DNA of 64,000 nt from an uncultured virus (IMG/VR IMGVR_UViG_3300044542_000402) (taxonomy: Duplodnaviria; Heunggongvirae; Uroviricota; Caudoviricetes; Herelleviridae). Positions within the stretch are counted from its first letter, which is position 1; every line of letters starts with the position of its first letter. Location: IMG/VR virus record IMGVR_UViG_3300044542_000402. One strand, 5' to 3'. Of this stretch, positions 9,184 to 19,295 are shown piece after piece. Both the position numbers and the translations under genes were made by a program. Under the pieces are notes generated by a model. The model was not told the DNA's origin. It ran no database searches and worked only from the letters and a program-made list of their open reading frames with translations.

Positions 9184-10449
9184 ATGCGGGAGGGCGTCGT
9201 GGGCAGGCCGAGAACTGAACCCGGGCACTGGGGGAACATCCGTTACAAGGTTCTGTCGCGAACGAAGGTCAGGGCCTTCGCCCAGTACGCCACCGGCTCG
9301 GGACGGGTCCGCCAGGTCGAGGCCACCGGGCGGAGCAAGAAGGCCGCCCAGATCCGCCTGGAGAATCATCTGGAGGAGCTGAGGCGCACCGAGGGCGGGG
9401 TCGATCTGGACGCGAGTGCCACGGTCGCCGATCTCGTCGAGGCCTGGCGCGTGGTGGCCGCGGCCGACACGACCCGCCGCCGCGTCCAGTCCATGGACAA
9501 GCACGAGTACGCCATCCGGCACACCATCACCGATCCCAACGTCGGCATCGGCACCTTGCGCGTCTCGGCGGCCACCACCGCACGGCTGCGGGCCTGGCTG
9601 TTCAGCGTTTCCGACCCGGCCCCCAGCCGCGGTCGTGACGCCAGGACCGTGCTCAACATGGCCTTCGACCTGGCCGTGGCCAGCGGTCAGTTGTCCCGCA
9701 ACCCGGTGGCCCCCGTCCATCTGCCCCGCCGGAGTGCCCCGGTCGTGGAGGCGCTGTCGGTCGCCGAGGCCCGTCAGGTGCGCGTGATCCTGCACGACTA
9801 CGCCGATGCGGGTCACTACCGGATGCGCCGGGCCCTCGCCGACATCGTCGATCTCATGCTGGCCACCGGGATGCGGGTCGGGGAGGCCACGGGGCTGCGC
9901 TGGTGCGACGTCGATCTGGATTCCGAGATCCCCACCGTCACGGCGGCCGGCACCACGGTTCACATCCGCCATCAGCCGGTGCGCCGCCAGGATCGGCTCA
10001 AGAGCGACGACGGCTTCCGGACGATCGCTCTCGTCAAGCCCGTGGTGGCGATGATGGAGCGACGCCGCGCCGCGCGCCGTCCCACAACCACTGACGCCGT
10101 GTTCCCCTCATCGGTGGGTACCTGGTGGGACTCCCACAATCTGCGTCGGCTCCTGCGCGACGCCTTCGACTGGGCCGATGCCGACCGTATCCATCCCCAT
10201 CTGCTGCGCAGGACAATGGCCACTCTCATCGATTCGGAGGTCGGCGTCGAGAACGCGTCGAAGATCCTGGGTCACTCCGGCGTGGGGATCACCGAGCAGT
10301 ACTACATCGCCCACGCAGCCGTCGCCCCCGACATGCGCAGCGTCACCGAGGCGCTGTTCGCCGAGCCCGAGGAGGCCTCCGGGCAGAACGGACGGGACGG
10401 GCGAGGACTCGGTGCTGGACCGGAGAGGCGGGATCAAAAGCATGGATAA
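9184..10449 (+). CDS. int: Phage-type tyrosine integrase
   Basis: TGMRVGEATGLRWCDVD, HPHLLRRT, LGHS...TEQYY; N-terminal arm-binding-like region; att site directly downstream. Confidence 0.92.
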   Translation: MREGVVGRPRTEPGHWGNIRYKVLSRTKVRAFAQYATGSGRVRQVEATGRSKKAAQIRLENHLEELRRTEGGVDLDASATVADLVEAWRVVAAADTTRRRVQSMDKHEYAIRHTITDPNVGIGTLRVSAATTARLRAWLFSVSDPAPSRGRDARTVLNMAFDLAVASGQLSRNPVAPVHLPRRSAPVVEALSVAEARQVRVILHDYADAGHYRMRRALADIVDLMLATGMRVGEATGLRWCDVDLDSEIPTVTAAGTTVHIRHQPVRRQDRLKSDDGFRTIALVKPVVAMMERRRAARRPTTTDAVFPSSVGTWWDSHNLRRLLRDAFDWADADRIHPHLLRRTMATLIDSEVGVENASKILGHSGVGITEQYYIAHAAVAPDMRSVTEALFAEPEEASGQNGRDGRGLGAGPERRDQKHG

Positions 10450-10716
10450 GTCATGGATCAGGGCCGACGGCGTCCTTTCCTGTTCGGTGATTTCAGTGCT
10501 GCGACCCTTGTCAGAAGCCATTCATTGGTGCCCCCACTGGGACTCGAACCCAGGACCCACGGATTAAAAGTCGTGGTGATCCGACGACCCTTGTCGTCGG
10601 CCTCTCGACCGCCCCACGACTAGGCCGGACGCCTGAGACCGGGGCCATCGAACTCCAGTCGGGAACAGTCCGGAACGACTCGTTTCGGTTGAAAAGCATG
10701 GATAAAGCATGGATGA
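10436..10716. other. attP site: tRNA-derived core flanked by arm-type repeats
   Basis: AAAAGCATGGATAA at 10436-10449 and 10692-10705, each followed by a second CATGGAT copy; core in between. Confidence 0.75.
10526..10572 (-). pseudogene. 3' half of tRNA-Lys(TTT), att core
   Basis: Minus strand GACTTTTAATCCGTGGGTCCTGGGTTCGAGTCCCAGTGGGGGCACCA: anticodon loop, T-arm, CCA; 5' half absent. Confidence 0.88.
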
Positions 10717-10955
10717 ACGGCGAGGCGACCGGGTGCGCGTTCGGCGGCGGAAGCACCGGATGATGGTCGCCGATGGCATTCATACGGTCATTGATGACGT
10801 GACCCGATCCACGATGTTGCGATGATCATTCTGATGTGATCATAATGGTGTCGACCGGTCATCGGACAGGTCATCGCATCGTACCGGCGGCCCCGGGGCC
10901 GGGATCATCGTGCCCCGCCGCCGCGGCGATCCGATTCGCAGTCTCGGAGGGTTCC

Positions 10956-11198
10956 ATGTCATCCGGATCGACCACTGATCGTCATCGCGGCGACACCCCG
11001 CTGCTCGACTCGCTCATGACACCGGCCGAGCTCGCCCGCCGCCTGGGGGCCACCGAGCGCACGCTGCTGGAGTGGCGGGTCAGGGGCACCGGCCCGGCCT
11101 ATCTTCATGTGGGACGACGGGTCCGCTACTCCCCCGCCGTCGTGGAGGCGTGGCTGGCCGATCAGGTCCATACCTCGACCACAGACGACGTCGTCTAG
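10956..11198 (+). CDS. Excisionase-like HTH protein
   Basis: GGAGG RBS; LMTPAELARRLGATERTLLEWRVRGTGPAYLHVGRRVRY. Confidence 0.85.
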   Translation: MSSGSTTDRHRGDTPLLDSLMTPAELARRLGATERTLLEWRVRGTGPAYLHVGRRVRYSPAVVEAWLADQVHTSTTDDVV

Positions 11199-11602
11199 GT
11201 CTGATCCGGGTGCGACCCGTCAGGCGGTATCGCCCCGCTGGCGATGCTCAGCGCCTTCATGAGCGCGGCCACCTCCGCGGTGTCGGCGTCCCAGCGGGTT
11301 CTGGCGGCGGCGAGTCTCTCGCGGATGGTCTCGATGTGCTGCTGCATCTCGTCGGGGCCGGTCAGCATGCAGGCCAGGGAGACGTCCAGGGTCCTCGCCG
11401 CCGCCACCGCCTCGTCGAGGCGCACCGCCCGGCGGCCCTGCTCCATCCGGGTGATCGTACTGGGATCGATGACGATCCCCAGGAGTGCGCTCATCCGGTC
11501 GGCCAGTTCCGCCTGGCTCAGTCCGGCCTCGATCCGATGGGCGCGCAGCCGTGCAACGAACGTCGTGCTCGGCATGGGATCCATGGGTGCGGAAGTGGCC
11601 AT
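11195..11602 (-). CDS. XRE family transcriptional regulator
   Basis: RLRAHRIEAGLSQAELADRM...STITRMEQGRRAVRLDE. Confidence 0.85.
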   Translation of the reverse strand: MATSAPMDPMPSTTFVARLRAHRIEAGLSQAELADRMSALLGIVIDPSTITRMEQGRRAVRLDEAVAAARTLDVSLACMLTGPDEMQQHIETIRERLAAARTRWDADTAEVAALMKALSIASGAIPPDGSHPDQT

Positions 11603-11870
11603 CGATGTCCTGTCGTGAGGCGTACGGGGGATGAGGGGCCAGCCGTGATGCCGACGCACCGAGTCTAGGGTCGGCGGGCCGGATCGTGCCGTGAATCCAC
11701 CGGTGCGGTGTCGCCCCGGCTCGTATCCGAGCCCGGATCAATGATGTGGATCGCATCCGAATGCTCTGATATGATCCTTTCAAGGATGAGTCCGTTCACC
11801 ATCTGATTCTCATCATCACCGATGGGCGGATCACCAGTCCCGAGCCCGCACTGAAAGGATCACCCCGATC

Positions 11871-12269
11871 ATGATCGGATCGTTCGTGGCCACCCTGGCC
11901 TCACCTCAGCTGTCCACCGCCGCGTGGGACATCCTGAGCCTGCTCAAGAACTCCAAGACCTGGCTGCAGACGGCCGGCGGCCTTCTGCTCATGCTCCTGG
12001 GCGTGGCGGGTCTCGTCGTCGGCGGCGTGTTCCTCATCATCAAGCTCATGGGTTCGGCCCAGAGCGCCCAGAAGCACGGCTGGGGACAGATCGTCATGCT
12101 GCTGCTGGCCGGCGGTGCGCTGGCTGCCGGTGGCCTGGCCCTCATCTCCAAGATGGCCAGTGGGTCCAAGACGACCATCGAGCAGCTGGGCGGCGGTGAC
12201 ATCATCGCCGGCCTCAACCATCTGGGGAATCTGGGGAGCATCCTCCCGTCGATCCCCGGCCTGTTCTGA
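11871..12269 (+). CDS. VirB2/TrbC-like pilin-type membrane protein
   Basis: GAAAGGA RBS; small, two Gly-rich TM helices, heads the transfer gene run. Confidence 0.5.
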   Translation: MIGSFVATLASPQLSTAAWDILSLLKNSKTWLQTAGGLLLMLLGVAGLVVGGVFLIIKLMGSAQSAQKHGWGQIVMLLLAGGALAAGGLALISKMASGSKTTIEQLGGGDIIAGLNHLGNLGSILPSIPGLF

Positions 12270-12297
12270 CCGAGTCCGACCGGCATCGGGGGACGTC

Positions 12298-12516
12298 ATG
12301 ATTCACATGATCGGGCTCATGATGATCGCCCTGGGGGCCGGGACGGCGACAGCGGTCGTGTCCTGGTCCCCGGTGCACATCGTGCTCGGTCTGCCGTGGT
12401 ACCGCCCGGGCCAGGGCACGGCCCTGCTCATGACGGCCGTCGCAAGCATCGGCAGGGGCCTCTGTCTCGTGACCGGACTGCATTCCGTCTCCTCGACAGA
12501 TCCCCTGATCATCTAG
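12298..12516 (+). CDS. Possible small membrane protein
   Basis: Two hydrophobic stretches; weak support. Confidence 0.3.
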   Translation: MIHMIGLMMIALGAGTATAVVSWSPVHIVLGLPWYRPGQGTALLMTAVASIGRGLCLVTGLHSVSSTDPLII

Positions 12517-12565
12517 CGCACCGCACCGTTCCATCCGTCACCTGCACGTAAGGACGCCCCACCTC

Positions 12566-13909
12566 ATGGATTCCCCCGATACCGATCAGGTCAAGCCCGA
12601 CCTGCGAACCCGGGTCAACCGTTTCGCCGCGAGGTTCAAGCTCGACTCCCACCACGCCATGGAGCGCTTCGGCGTGCTGGTGGGCAGCCTGGCCCTGGTC
12701 GGCGTCCTCATCCTGGGCGTCTCCGGGGTCCAGGCGGTCCGTGGCAACTCCGAGCAGATCGACTCCACCGCCGTGTGGACCAAGACGTTCACCACGAGCA
12801 AGACGAAGATGAGCGGCACCGTCGACGGGGTGTACCGCAACCGGCTCGGCAACAAGGCCATGGTGCTCATGCACTTCGACCCCGAGGCCAAGATCGACTA
12901 CAACGCCGATGACTACAAGGCCTTCCTGCTCGGCTCGGATACCGATCTCAACTCCGAACCGGTCTCCACCACCGGGGTCAAGGGCACCTTCGAGGTCTTC
13001 GGCTCCACCGGTTATGTCGGCGTGCTGCTGGAGGCCACCCAGCCGTTCAAGCAGCAGGTTCTCAATCTCACCGTGCGCGCGGGCTCTGAGCTCACCACCT
13101 CCGATGACACCACCGACCCGTCCGATCAGAACGCGGCGCTGCAGGCCGACGACCCCTCGTTCACCAAGCACGACCAGTGGCGGATCTTCCTCAACCCCGC
13201 CGCCTCCACCGCGAAGTACGCCCCCAGTCTCGACCGGGTCCGCCTCGATCCCTCCGACCTCTACTACCAGACGGTGCTCGCCGCCAAGGAGAAGGCGGCC
13301 CGCGCCACGCTCGACAAGAAGCTGCTCGCGCTGCGCGCCGACCGTGCGCAGATCGACTCCTACACCCATCAGCTGGTCACCACGAAGGTCGACGGCCTGT
13401 TCCTGGAGCCCCCGAAGGTCCCCGCCGTCATCGACGGCGACCAGGTCACGGGCCGGTCCTCAGCCGAGAACGGCGGGGGGGCCTCCACGCTGACACTCCA
13501 CTCCAGGAAGACGGTGGCCGGTGGCCTGGACTTCGACTGGCGGAACGGGTCGGTGGAGAAGGGCTATCTCGACCAGGTCGTGCCCAAGGGCCAGTCCTAC
13601 GTCGACTATCTCGCCAAGCTGGCCAGGGCCACCGACACGTCCACCGACTCCACCGACATCGGCAACATCACGTGGAAGCTGTCGAACGGGACGAGCCTGA
13701 CCGAGGACTACGACTCCTCTGACACGACGATGAGACCGCTCACCAGTCTCATGGAGAAGCTCTCCGCCGCCTACGAGTCCTACAGCAGCGACAAGATCGA
13801 GTACCAGACCACCGATCTGCAGGCGCTGCTCAATCTGGACATCGACCTGCGCGATGTGGCGGCCAACTCGTCGACCCGTACCGGCTCGGGATTCCTCACC
13901 GTCTACTGA
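12566..13909 (+). CDS. Membrane-anchored transfer-region protein
   Basis: Single N-terminal TM helix, strong codon bias. Confidence 0.75.
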   Translation: MDSPDTDQVKPDLRTRVNRFAARFKLDSHHAMERFGVLVGSLALVGVLILGVSGVQAVRGNSEQIDSTAVWTKTFTTSKTKMSGTVDGVYRNRLGNKAMVLMHFDPEAKIDYNADDYKAFLLGSDTDLNSEPVSTTGVKGTFEVFGSTGYVGVLLEATQPFKQQVLNLTVRAGSELTTSDDTTDPSDQNAALQADDPSFTKHDQWRIFLNPAASTAKYAPSLDRVRLDPSDLYYQTVLAAKEKAARATLDKKLLALRADRAQIDSYTHQLVTTKVDGLFLEPPKVPAVIDGDQVTGRSSAENGGGASTLTLHSRKTVAGGLDFDWRNGSVEKGYLDQVVPKGQSYVDYLAKLARATDTSTDSTDIGNITWKLSNGTSLTEDYDSSDTTMRPLTSLMEKLSAAYESYSSDKIEYQTTDLQALLNLDIDLRDVAANSSTRTGSGFLTVY

Positions 13910-13938
13910 TCACTCGCCGACCGGCGAAAGGAGCCGTC

Positions 13939-15825
13939 ATGGCTGTCACACCTCCTACTCCGCACCCCCGCTCCACGGGTTCGGCCGGCGGGTTGCCGAA
14001 GAGCACTCCCGGATCCGGAACCGGTGCGCATCCCGGTCGGAGCCGGCACACCGATCCGGATCGGGGACAGACTGAGCCGGGGAGCACCGACGCGCAGAAC
14101 GGGAACCCGCAGGACGCCGGGGACCCCGGCCCCGACCCGCGATCCGATCCGGCACCGACCGCTGACGGCGGATCGCAGGCCACGTCAGGACCGGACTTCC
14201 GGCCCGCCGGCGGCCCGCCGACGTTCTCCGAGGCCGGTGGGCTGTCGGGATCGGCCGCCACCGACGGTACCGGCGGAACCCCCGGTTCCGCCGGAGCCCG
14301 GGGCGTCTCCGGTGGTCCGGGGGCCGGGGCCGGGCACGGACGTGCCGACGTCTCCGGGACCGCCACCGACGTCTCGGCCCCCGACGCCGTCTCCAGGCTG
14401 CGCCACGCCGGCTTCACCGCCGCCGCCGGGGCCCTGGGACTGGGGCGGGCGGCCGGGCATCTGGCCTCCGAGGGGGCGCAGCGGGCCTGGCACTCGATCA
14501 AGAGGCCGTTCATGGCCGGTGGGAGCCGTCTGGCCGTCGTCAACGGCCGCATCTTCGGCAAGGGCTCCCCGTTGGCGAGGGCCACCACCTCGGCCATCGG
14601 GCTCGGGGTGGTCCTCGTGCTGACCCTGCTGCTGGGCACCTCCGTGATCATCACCACTGTCGCCGGTTCGGACGCCGGCGGCGACGATGCCGTCGTGGCC
14701 GACTGCAGGGCGACCGCCGATGCCACCGACGTGGGCGATTACAACGGCAAGGGCGTTCCCGCGACCGCCAAGCCGTGGGTCGCCAACGCCGAGAAGTACT
14801 CCAAGTACCACATCCCGGCCGCCTTCTTCGCCTATATCATGGATCGTGAGAGCGACTTCAACCCCGCCGTCTTCTCCGACGACGTCAACGGGGGCACCTG
14901 GGGGCTGTTCCAGATCAACGCCGAGGAGTGGTCCAAGGTCACCGGCGGAGGATCCTTCAGCTCGCCCGACATCAAGGACCCCATGGTTCACACCCAGTAC
15001 GGCGCGAAGTACTTCGACAACCGGCTCGAGGGCATCAGGGCGATGCGCAAGTCCCACCCCGACGCCGCCTACACCAAGGACCTCACCGAGCTCGAGGACC
15101 TCATGATCGCTCACAACGCCGGCGAGGGGAACCTGCAGAAGTACCCGAACCTCCCGTCGATCACGAAGTCCTACCTGGCCGAGTACAAGCAGAAGTTCCC
15201 CGCCTACGGCGGCGGCGAGGCCTCGGGCTCCGCCGACACGGCGGTCGCCGGCGACGACACGTCGAACGACTCCACCATTCCGACTCTCGACAGTTCCGAC
15301 AGCCAGGGTTGCGACACCTCCAACGCCCAGAACGCCTCCATGAACCTGTCGGCCGCCGGGATGAGCCGGGCCGACGCCCAGAAGCTCATCGACCTCTACA
15401 ACAAGGAGGGCGACGCCTTCCTCGACAAGAAGTACGGCGACGGCGGCGGTCCCGGCAGCTGCGGGTCCAACCACGCCGAGAACTGCGTGTCGTTCAGCGT
15501 CTACTTCCTCAACAAGTACACGACGTTCCAGGGTTACCCTCAGGGCAACGGTGCCGACACCGCCGGGCGTACCGCTGAGATGACCGGACTCACGACGACC
15601 AGCACGCCCAAGCCGTACTCCATCTTCAGCTTCCCCACCTCCAACGTCGGCCACACCGGCGTCGTGCTGGCGGTCAACAATGACGGCTCCCTGCTCATCG
15701 GGCAGGCCGACTACTGCCGCAAGATGGGCAATCTGGAGGTCTACAGCAAGGCGCGTTGGCAGGGGGTCGGGATGAAGTTCGTCGACGTCTCCGGGCTTCT
15801 CAAGAACAAGAACATGGGGAGCTGA
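13939..15825 (+). CDS. Conjugative cell-wall hydrolase: lytic transglycosylase + CHAP domain
   Basis: TM helix; SLT motifs MDRESDFNP, GLFQI, AHNAGEG; CHAP Cys (NCVSF) and His (GHTGVV). Confidence 0.85.
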   Translation: MAVTPPTPHPRSTGSAGGLPKSTPGSGTGAHPGRSRHTDPDRGQTEPGSTDAQNGNPQDAGDPGPDPRSDPAPTADGGSQATSGPDFRPAGGPPTFSEAGGLSGSAATDGTGGTPGSAGARGVSGGPGAGAGHGRADVSGTATDVSAPDAVSRLRHAGFTAAAGALGLGRAAGHLASEGAQRAWHSIKRPFMAGGSRLAVVNGRIFGKGSPLARATTSAIGLGVVLVLTLLLGTSVIITTVAGSDAGGDDAVVADCRATADATDVGDYNGKGVPATAKPWVANAEKYSKYHIPAAFFAYIMDRESDFNPAVFSDDVNGGTWGLFQINAEEWSKVTGGGSFSSPDIKDPMVHTQYGAKYFDNRLEGIRAMRKSHPDAAYTKDLTELEDLMIAHNAGEGNLQKYPNLPSITKSYLAEYKQKFPAYGGGEASGSADTAVAGDDTSNDSTIPTLDSSDSQGCDTSNAQNASMNLSAAGMSRADAQKLIDLYNKEGDAFLDKKYGDGGGPGSCGSNHAENCVSFSVYFLNKYTTFQGYPQGNGADTAGRTAEMTGLTTTSTPKPYSIFSFPTSNVGHTGVVLAVNNDGSLLIGQADYCRKMGNLEVYSKARWQGVGMKFVDVSGLLKNKNMGS

Positions 15826-15830
15826 TCGAC

Positions 15831-16070
15831 ATGGATGCGGATCTGAGGGCGGCCGCCGATGAGCTCGACCGTCAGGCGTCGGCGCTGGACGCGCAGGCCG
15901 AGGAGATCGCCGAGGCGGCCCTGAACCTCGTCGGGCCCACCGCGGTGCACCGGTGCGGGGGCTCCTACGCCTTCGCCCAGTCCAATGCCGAGGCCGCCGA
16001 GCTCAACGAGCGGGCCGAGGCGCTGCGCGGACAGGCCGCTGAACTGAGGGCCCGTGCGGACATCGGGTGA
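15831..16070 (+). CDS. Small Ala-rich helical hypothetical protein
   Basis: ATG 5 nt after upstream stop, followed by terminator. Confidence 0.45.
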   Translation: MDADLRAAADELDRQASALDAQAEEIAEAALNLVGPTAVHRCGGSYAFAQSNAEAAELNERAEALRGQAAELRARADIG

Positions 16071-16092
16071 ATGACGTGATTGATCACAGAAT

Positions 16093-16128
16093 GAACGCCC
16101 CCACGATCGAAGAATCGTGGGGGCGTTC
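16093..16128 (+). terminator. Terminator hairpin
   Basis: 15-bp stem GAACGCCCCCACGAT/ATCGTGGGGGCGTTC. Confidence 0.75.
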
Positions 16129-16233
16129 TTCCATGTCGTCTGTGGCATGGGCATCCGGATCACGATAGAATGATGACGATAGACTCGTCTTCGAGTTCGT
16201 TCTCAGATCATTCATTCGAGATGGGAGGATCCC

Positions 16234-17247
16234 ATGGTGCGGTCCGATCAGGACGGGTCCGGCGACGGGCCGGATGAGGCCGACGGGTCGGGGACGCGGT
16301 CTGGAGACGCCCGGCCGCACGCCCCCACCGCCGATGAGCTCGAGGGCCGCTATCTCACCTGGCGCACCGCCCGCCGCGACATCAGGGCCGCCCGCACATC
16401 CGATGAGAGGAGCCGCGGCCGTCGTCGCGTCGCCGGTGCCCTCGCCGCGGTCGCCCTGATCGGCGTCGTCACCGTCTCGGGCCTGGACGCCCGGTCCCAG
16501 AACACCGCGGTCGCCGCCTCCGACCAGAGCGTCCGGGCGCTGGACGACCGGGCCACCGCCCTGGCGGAGCAGGCCGCCTCGGCCTCGGCCCGCCCCAGCG
16601 CTCTGGTCGATCTCCAGACCCGGGCGGCGGCCGCCGCGAAACGGGTCGCCGCCGGGCAGCAGGCCTACGCGGCCCTGGCGGTCAAGGGCTACACCACGGC
16701 GAGGTCCACGAGTGCCAACGGAGCGCCCGACGCCGTCGCTGCCGCCGTCATCAATCATCGCCGGGCCCTGGCCGCCGACTGGTCGGCCGACTCACTGGTC
16801 GTCGACGACGCCGACGCCTACACGTTCTCCACCCAGGACGCGCTCGGCGGGCAGATGGATCCCCGCTACTCCTGGTTCGTCCGCTACGACGGCGGGCGGC
16901 CCTCGGACCCGGGCACCTGGGGCTGGCGGGTGCGCAGCGTCGCCCCGGCCGCCGTCGACACCACCGACGCTGCCGCCGATCAGGCCGATACGGCCACCGT
17001 GGTGTGGACCGCCACCCAGAAGGACGGCACCGTGCTGGCCTGGGCGAGTGCTCTCTGGCACGCCGACACCCGGGTCTTCGACACCCTGTCGGTGACGCTG
17101 ACGGCCCAGGGGCTCGCCCATGCTCCCTCCGGCAGCGTCCAGACCAGTGCCGATCCCTCCAGGCTCAAGCACTACGTTCAGGTCCCCGACAACAAGATCC
17201 CCGAGCTGAGGACCAGCCCGGCCCCCACGGCGAAGGTGAAGAAGTGA
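16234..17247 (+). CDS. Membrane-anchored transfer-region protein
   Basis: GGGAGG RBS, one TM helix; C-terminal VVWT..GTVLAWA..FD motif shared with 17980-18687. Confidence 0.7.
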   Translation: MVRSDQDGSGDGPDEADGSGTRSGDARPHAPTADELEGRYLTWRTARRDIRAARTSDERSRGRRRVAGALAAVALIGVVTVSGLDARSQNTAVAASDQSVRALDDRATALAEQAASASARPSALVDLQTRAAAAAKRVAAGQQAYAALAVKGYTTARSTSANGAPDAVAAAVINHRRALAADWSADSLVVDDADAYTFSTQDALGGQMDPRYSWFVRYDGGRPSDPGTWGWRVRSVAPAAVDTTDAAADQADTATVVWTATQKDGTVLAWASALWHADTRVFDTLSVTLTAQGLAHAPSGSVQTSADPSRLKHYVQVPDNKIPELRTSPAPTAKVKK

Positions 17248-17897
17248 GCGAGCGCACCGGGTTCTGGTCCCGCAACATCTGGATCATCGTCGCCTGGCTC
17301 GTCGTGGCCGCCGCCACCGTCGTCGCCGTGGTGTCCCACACCGGCCGCGCCGGCGAACTGAACGCCTCACTCGACCGGCAGCAGGCCGCTCGGGCGCAGG
17401 TCACCCGCCACCAGGGCGTCTACGACGACACCACGGCGGCGAACACCATGTCCGGGCTGGGCATGAACCGCACCAGGATCGCCGCCGACCGTTACGCCAT
17501 CAGCGGCTTCGTCGAACTGGTCCTCACCTGGAGCTCCACCGATGAACTGGACCACAACCGCCAGCGCCTCACCGAGCGCTACGACGCGGCGGGGATGACA
17601 ACCGTCATCGCGACCTTCCTGCCCTCCGACCAGAAGCAGCAGGCTTATCTCGACCACGTCGGGATGTCCAGTGCGCTGTCGGGGCTCACCGTCGTCCCGA
17701 CGGGCGTGACCGACGGCCATTACCGCTACACGGTCGCCGCCGATGTCGACTTCACCGCCGGCGGGGCCGCGAACTCCACCTCCGACGCCTCGTCGCAAAG
17801 TCGTCGTCAGCTGTTCGACATCACCATGGACCAGCACTCGCGGATCACTGAGGTCACCGGGATCGCGGCCGCCGCGATCTCCCGCGACTCGAACTGA
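17244..17897 (+). CDS. Membrane-anchored protein, possible VirB8/NTF2-like
   Basis: GTGA overlap; N-terminal TM then helix/strand domain. Confidence 0.6.
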   Translation: MSERTGFWSRNIWIIVAWLVVAAATVVAVVSHTGRAGELNASLDRQQAARAQVTRHQGVYDDTTAANTMSGLGMNRTRIAADRYAISGFVELVLTWSSTDELDHNRQRLTERYDAAGMTTVIATFLPSDQKQQAYLDHVGMSSALSGLTVVPTGVTDGHYRYTVAADVDFTAGGAANSTSDASSQSRRQLFDITMDQHSRITEVTGIAAAAISRDSN

Positions 17898-17979
17898 TCA
17901 TCCGGCTGATGATCCTGATGATGATCTTTGATAGAATCTGATTGGTATTCGAGTCGATCATCAGTGGAAGGGGATTCGT

Positions 17980-18687
17980 ATGACGCAGTCCGTCCCCGGA
18001 CAGCCCGTCGACCTGTCGGGCATGCACTTCGGCGCTGCGGGTGCTGCGGCCGGTCCGGGTCCCGAGCCCGGTTCCGAGGACAGGGATGGATCCGGATCCG
18101 CGGAGCCGCATCGGGCGGCCCCCGGGATGGGAGCCCGGCCCGCGGTCGGCACCCCGACGATCGTGGCCGCCGCCATCATGGTCACCCTCGGCATCATGGC
18201 CCTGCTCATCGGGTCCACCGGCTCGCCCGCCCCGGTCACCGCCTCCGACGCCGACCAGCAGGCGACCCTGGTCCTCCAGGAGCGGATCGCCGCCGCCACC
18301 GGCGACGACGAGTCCCTGCCCACGCCCGATGAGGCGGCCCGCGGTCTCGTCCTGGCCCGGGGGGCCGCGGGATCGGTGGCCCGGCTCCAGAACACCGGGA
18401 CGACGTCTCGCGACCTCCTCCCCTACTTCGACACCACCGTGCCCCGCCGGCTCGTCGACACCTGGTACACCCCCGGGCGCACCGCCGGCCCGGCGACCTG
18501 GACCGCCTCGCGGCCGGTGAGCGTGAACGCCGACGGCACCGTCCCGGTGACCTGGACCCTGACCCGTGGCGGCACGCTGCTGGCCTGGGCCGACGCCGAC
18601 TACGACATCACCCGCCAGGTCTTCACCGGGCTGGGTGTCCACACCACCCTCGCCGGGGCGAGGACCGGAACGGGGGCCACCCGATGA
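17980..18687 (+). CDS. Membrane-anchored transfer-region protein
   Basis: One TM helix; partial similarity to 16234-17247. Confidence 0.65.
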   Translation: MTQSVPGQPVDLSGMHFGAAGAAAGPGPEPGSEDRDGSGSAEPHRAAPGMGARPAVGTPTIVAAAIMVTLGIMALLIGSTGSPAPVTASDADQQATLVLQERIAAATGDDESLPTPDEAARGLVLARGAAGSVARLQNTGTTSRDLLPYFDTTVPRRLVDTWYTPGRTAGPATWTASRPVSVNADGTVPVTWTLTRGGTLLAWADADYDITRQVFTGLGVHTTLAGARTGTGATR

Positions 18688-19295
18688 ACGCCGACTCCAC
18701 GGTCTCCACCGTCGTCCTGCCCTGGCTGCGGGCCCATCTGCGCCCGGTCATCCTCATCGGGGCCGGACTTGTCATGATCGCCGGTCTCGGAGTTCTGTCC
18801 CACGGGCTGGTCGCCACCGGACCCGATCCCCACGCCTCATCGATCGCCCAGCGCAAGGAGCTCTCCGTGACCGCATCATCCGCATCCGCCCGGCTGGCCG
18901 CCGATCACGCCCGGCTCGCTTCGGCCATCGGGGCCCCCGATCCGGTCAGGGTCGCCCGCGACACCGCCGTGGTTCATACCACTCTCGCCGCCTGGGCTGG
19001 CTCCGGGGCCGTCACGCCCGACGTCACGGGCGATTTCCCCGGCCAGTGGCGCGGCATCCGTCCCGATCAGTTGAAGCTGGCGGGTCTGGACGCCCGGGTC
19101 ACCGGCGTCGCGGGACAGGACCTCACCTACGCCGCCACCGCCCGGTTCGTCCCGCTCCACAAGGGCACGAACTCCATCCGGACCGTCGCCCTGACCTGGC
19201 GCGCCGACGCCGCCGGGCACGTCTCGGGCCTTGCAGCCGACCTGGCCGCCACGCCGGTGACCAGCATCACCCCCATTGCGAGCCCCTCGCGATGA
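18684..19295 (+). CDS. Membrane-anchored hypothetical protein
   Basis: ATGA-coupled on both sides; N-terminal TM. Confidence 0.65.
   Translation: MNADSTVSTVVLPWLRAHLRPVILIGAGLVMIAGLGVLSHGLVATGPDPHASSIAQRKELSVTASSASARLAADHARLASAIGAPDPVRVARDTAVVHTTLAAWAGSGAVTPDVTGDFPGQWRGIRPDQLKLAGLDARVTGVAGQDLTYAATARFVPLHKGTNSIRTVALTWRADAAGHVSGLAADLAATPVTSITPIASPSR

Noticed and set aside
10526..10572. Functional tRNA-Lys gene
   Set aside because: Only the anticodon loop to CCA is present; no D-arm or 5' acceptor strand
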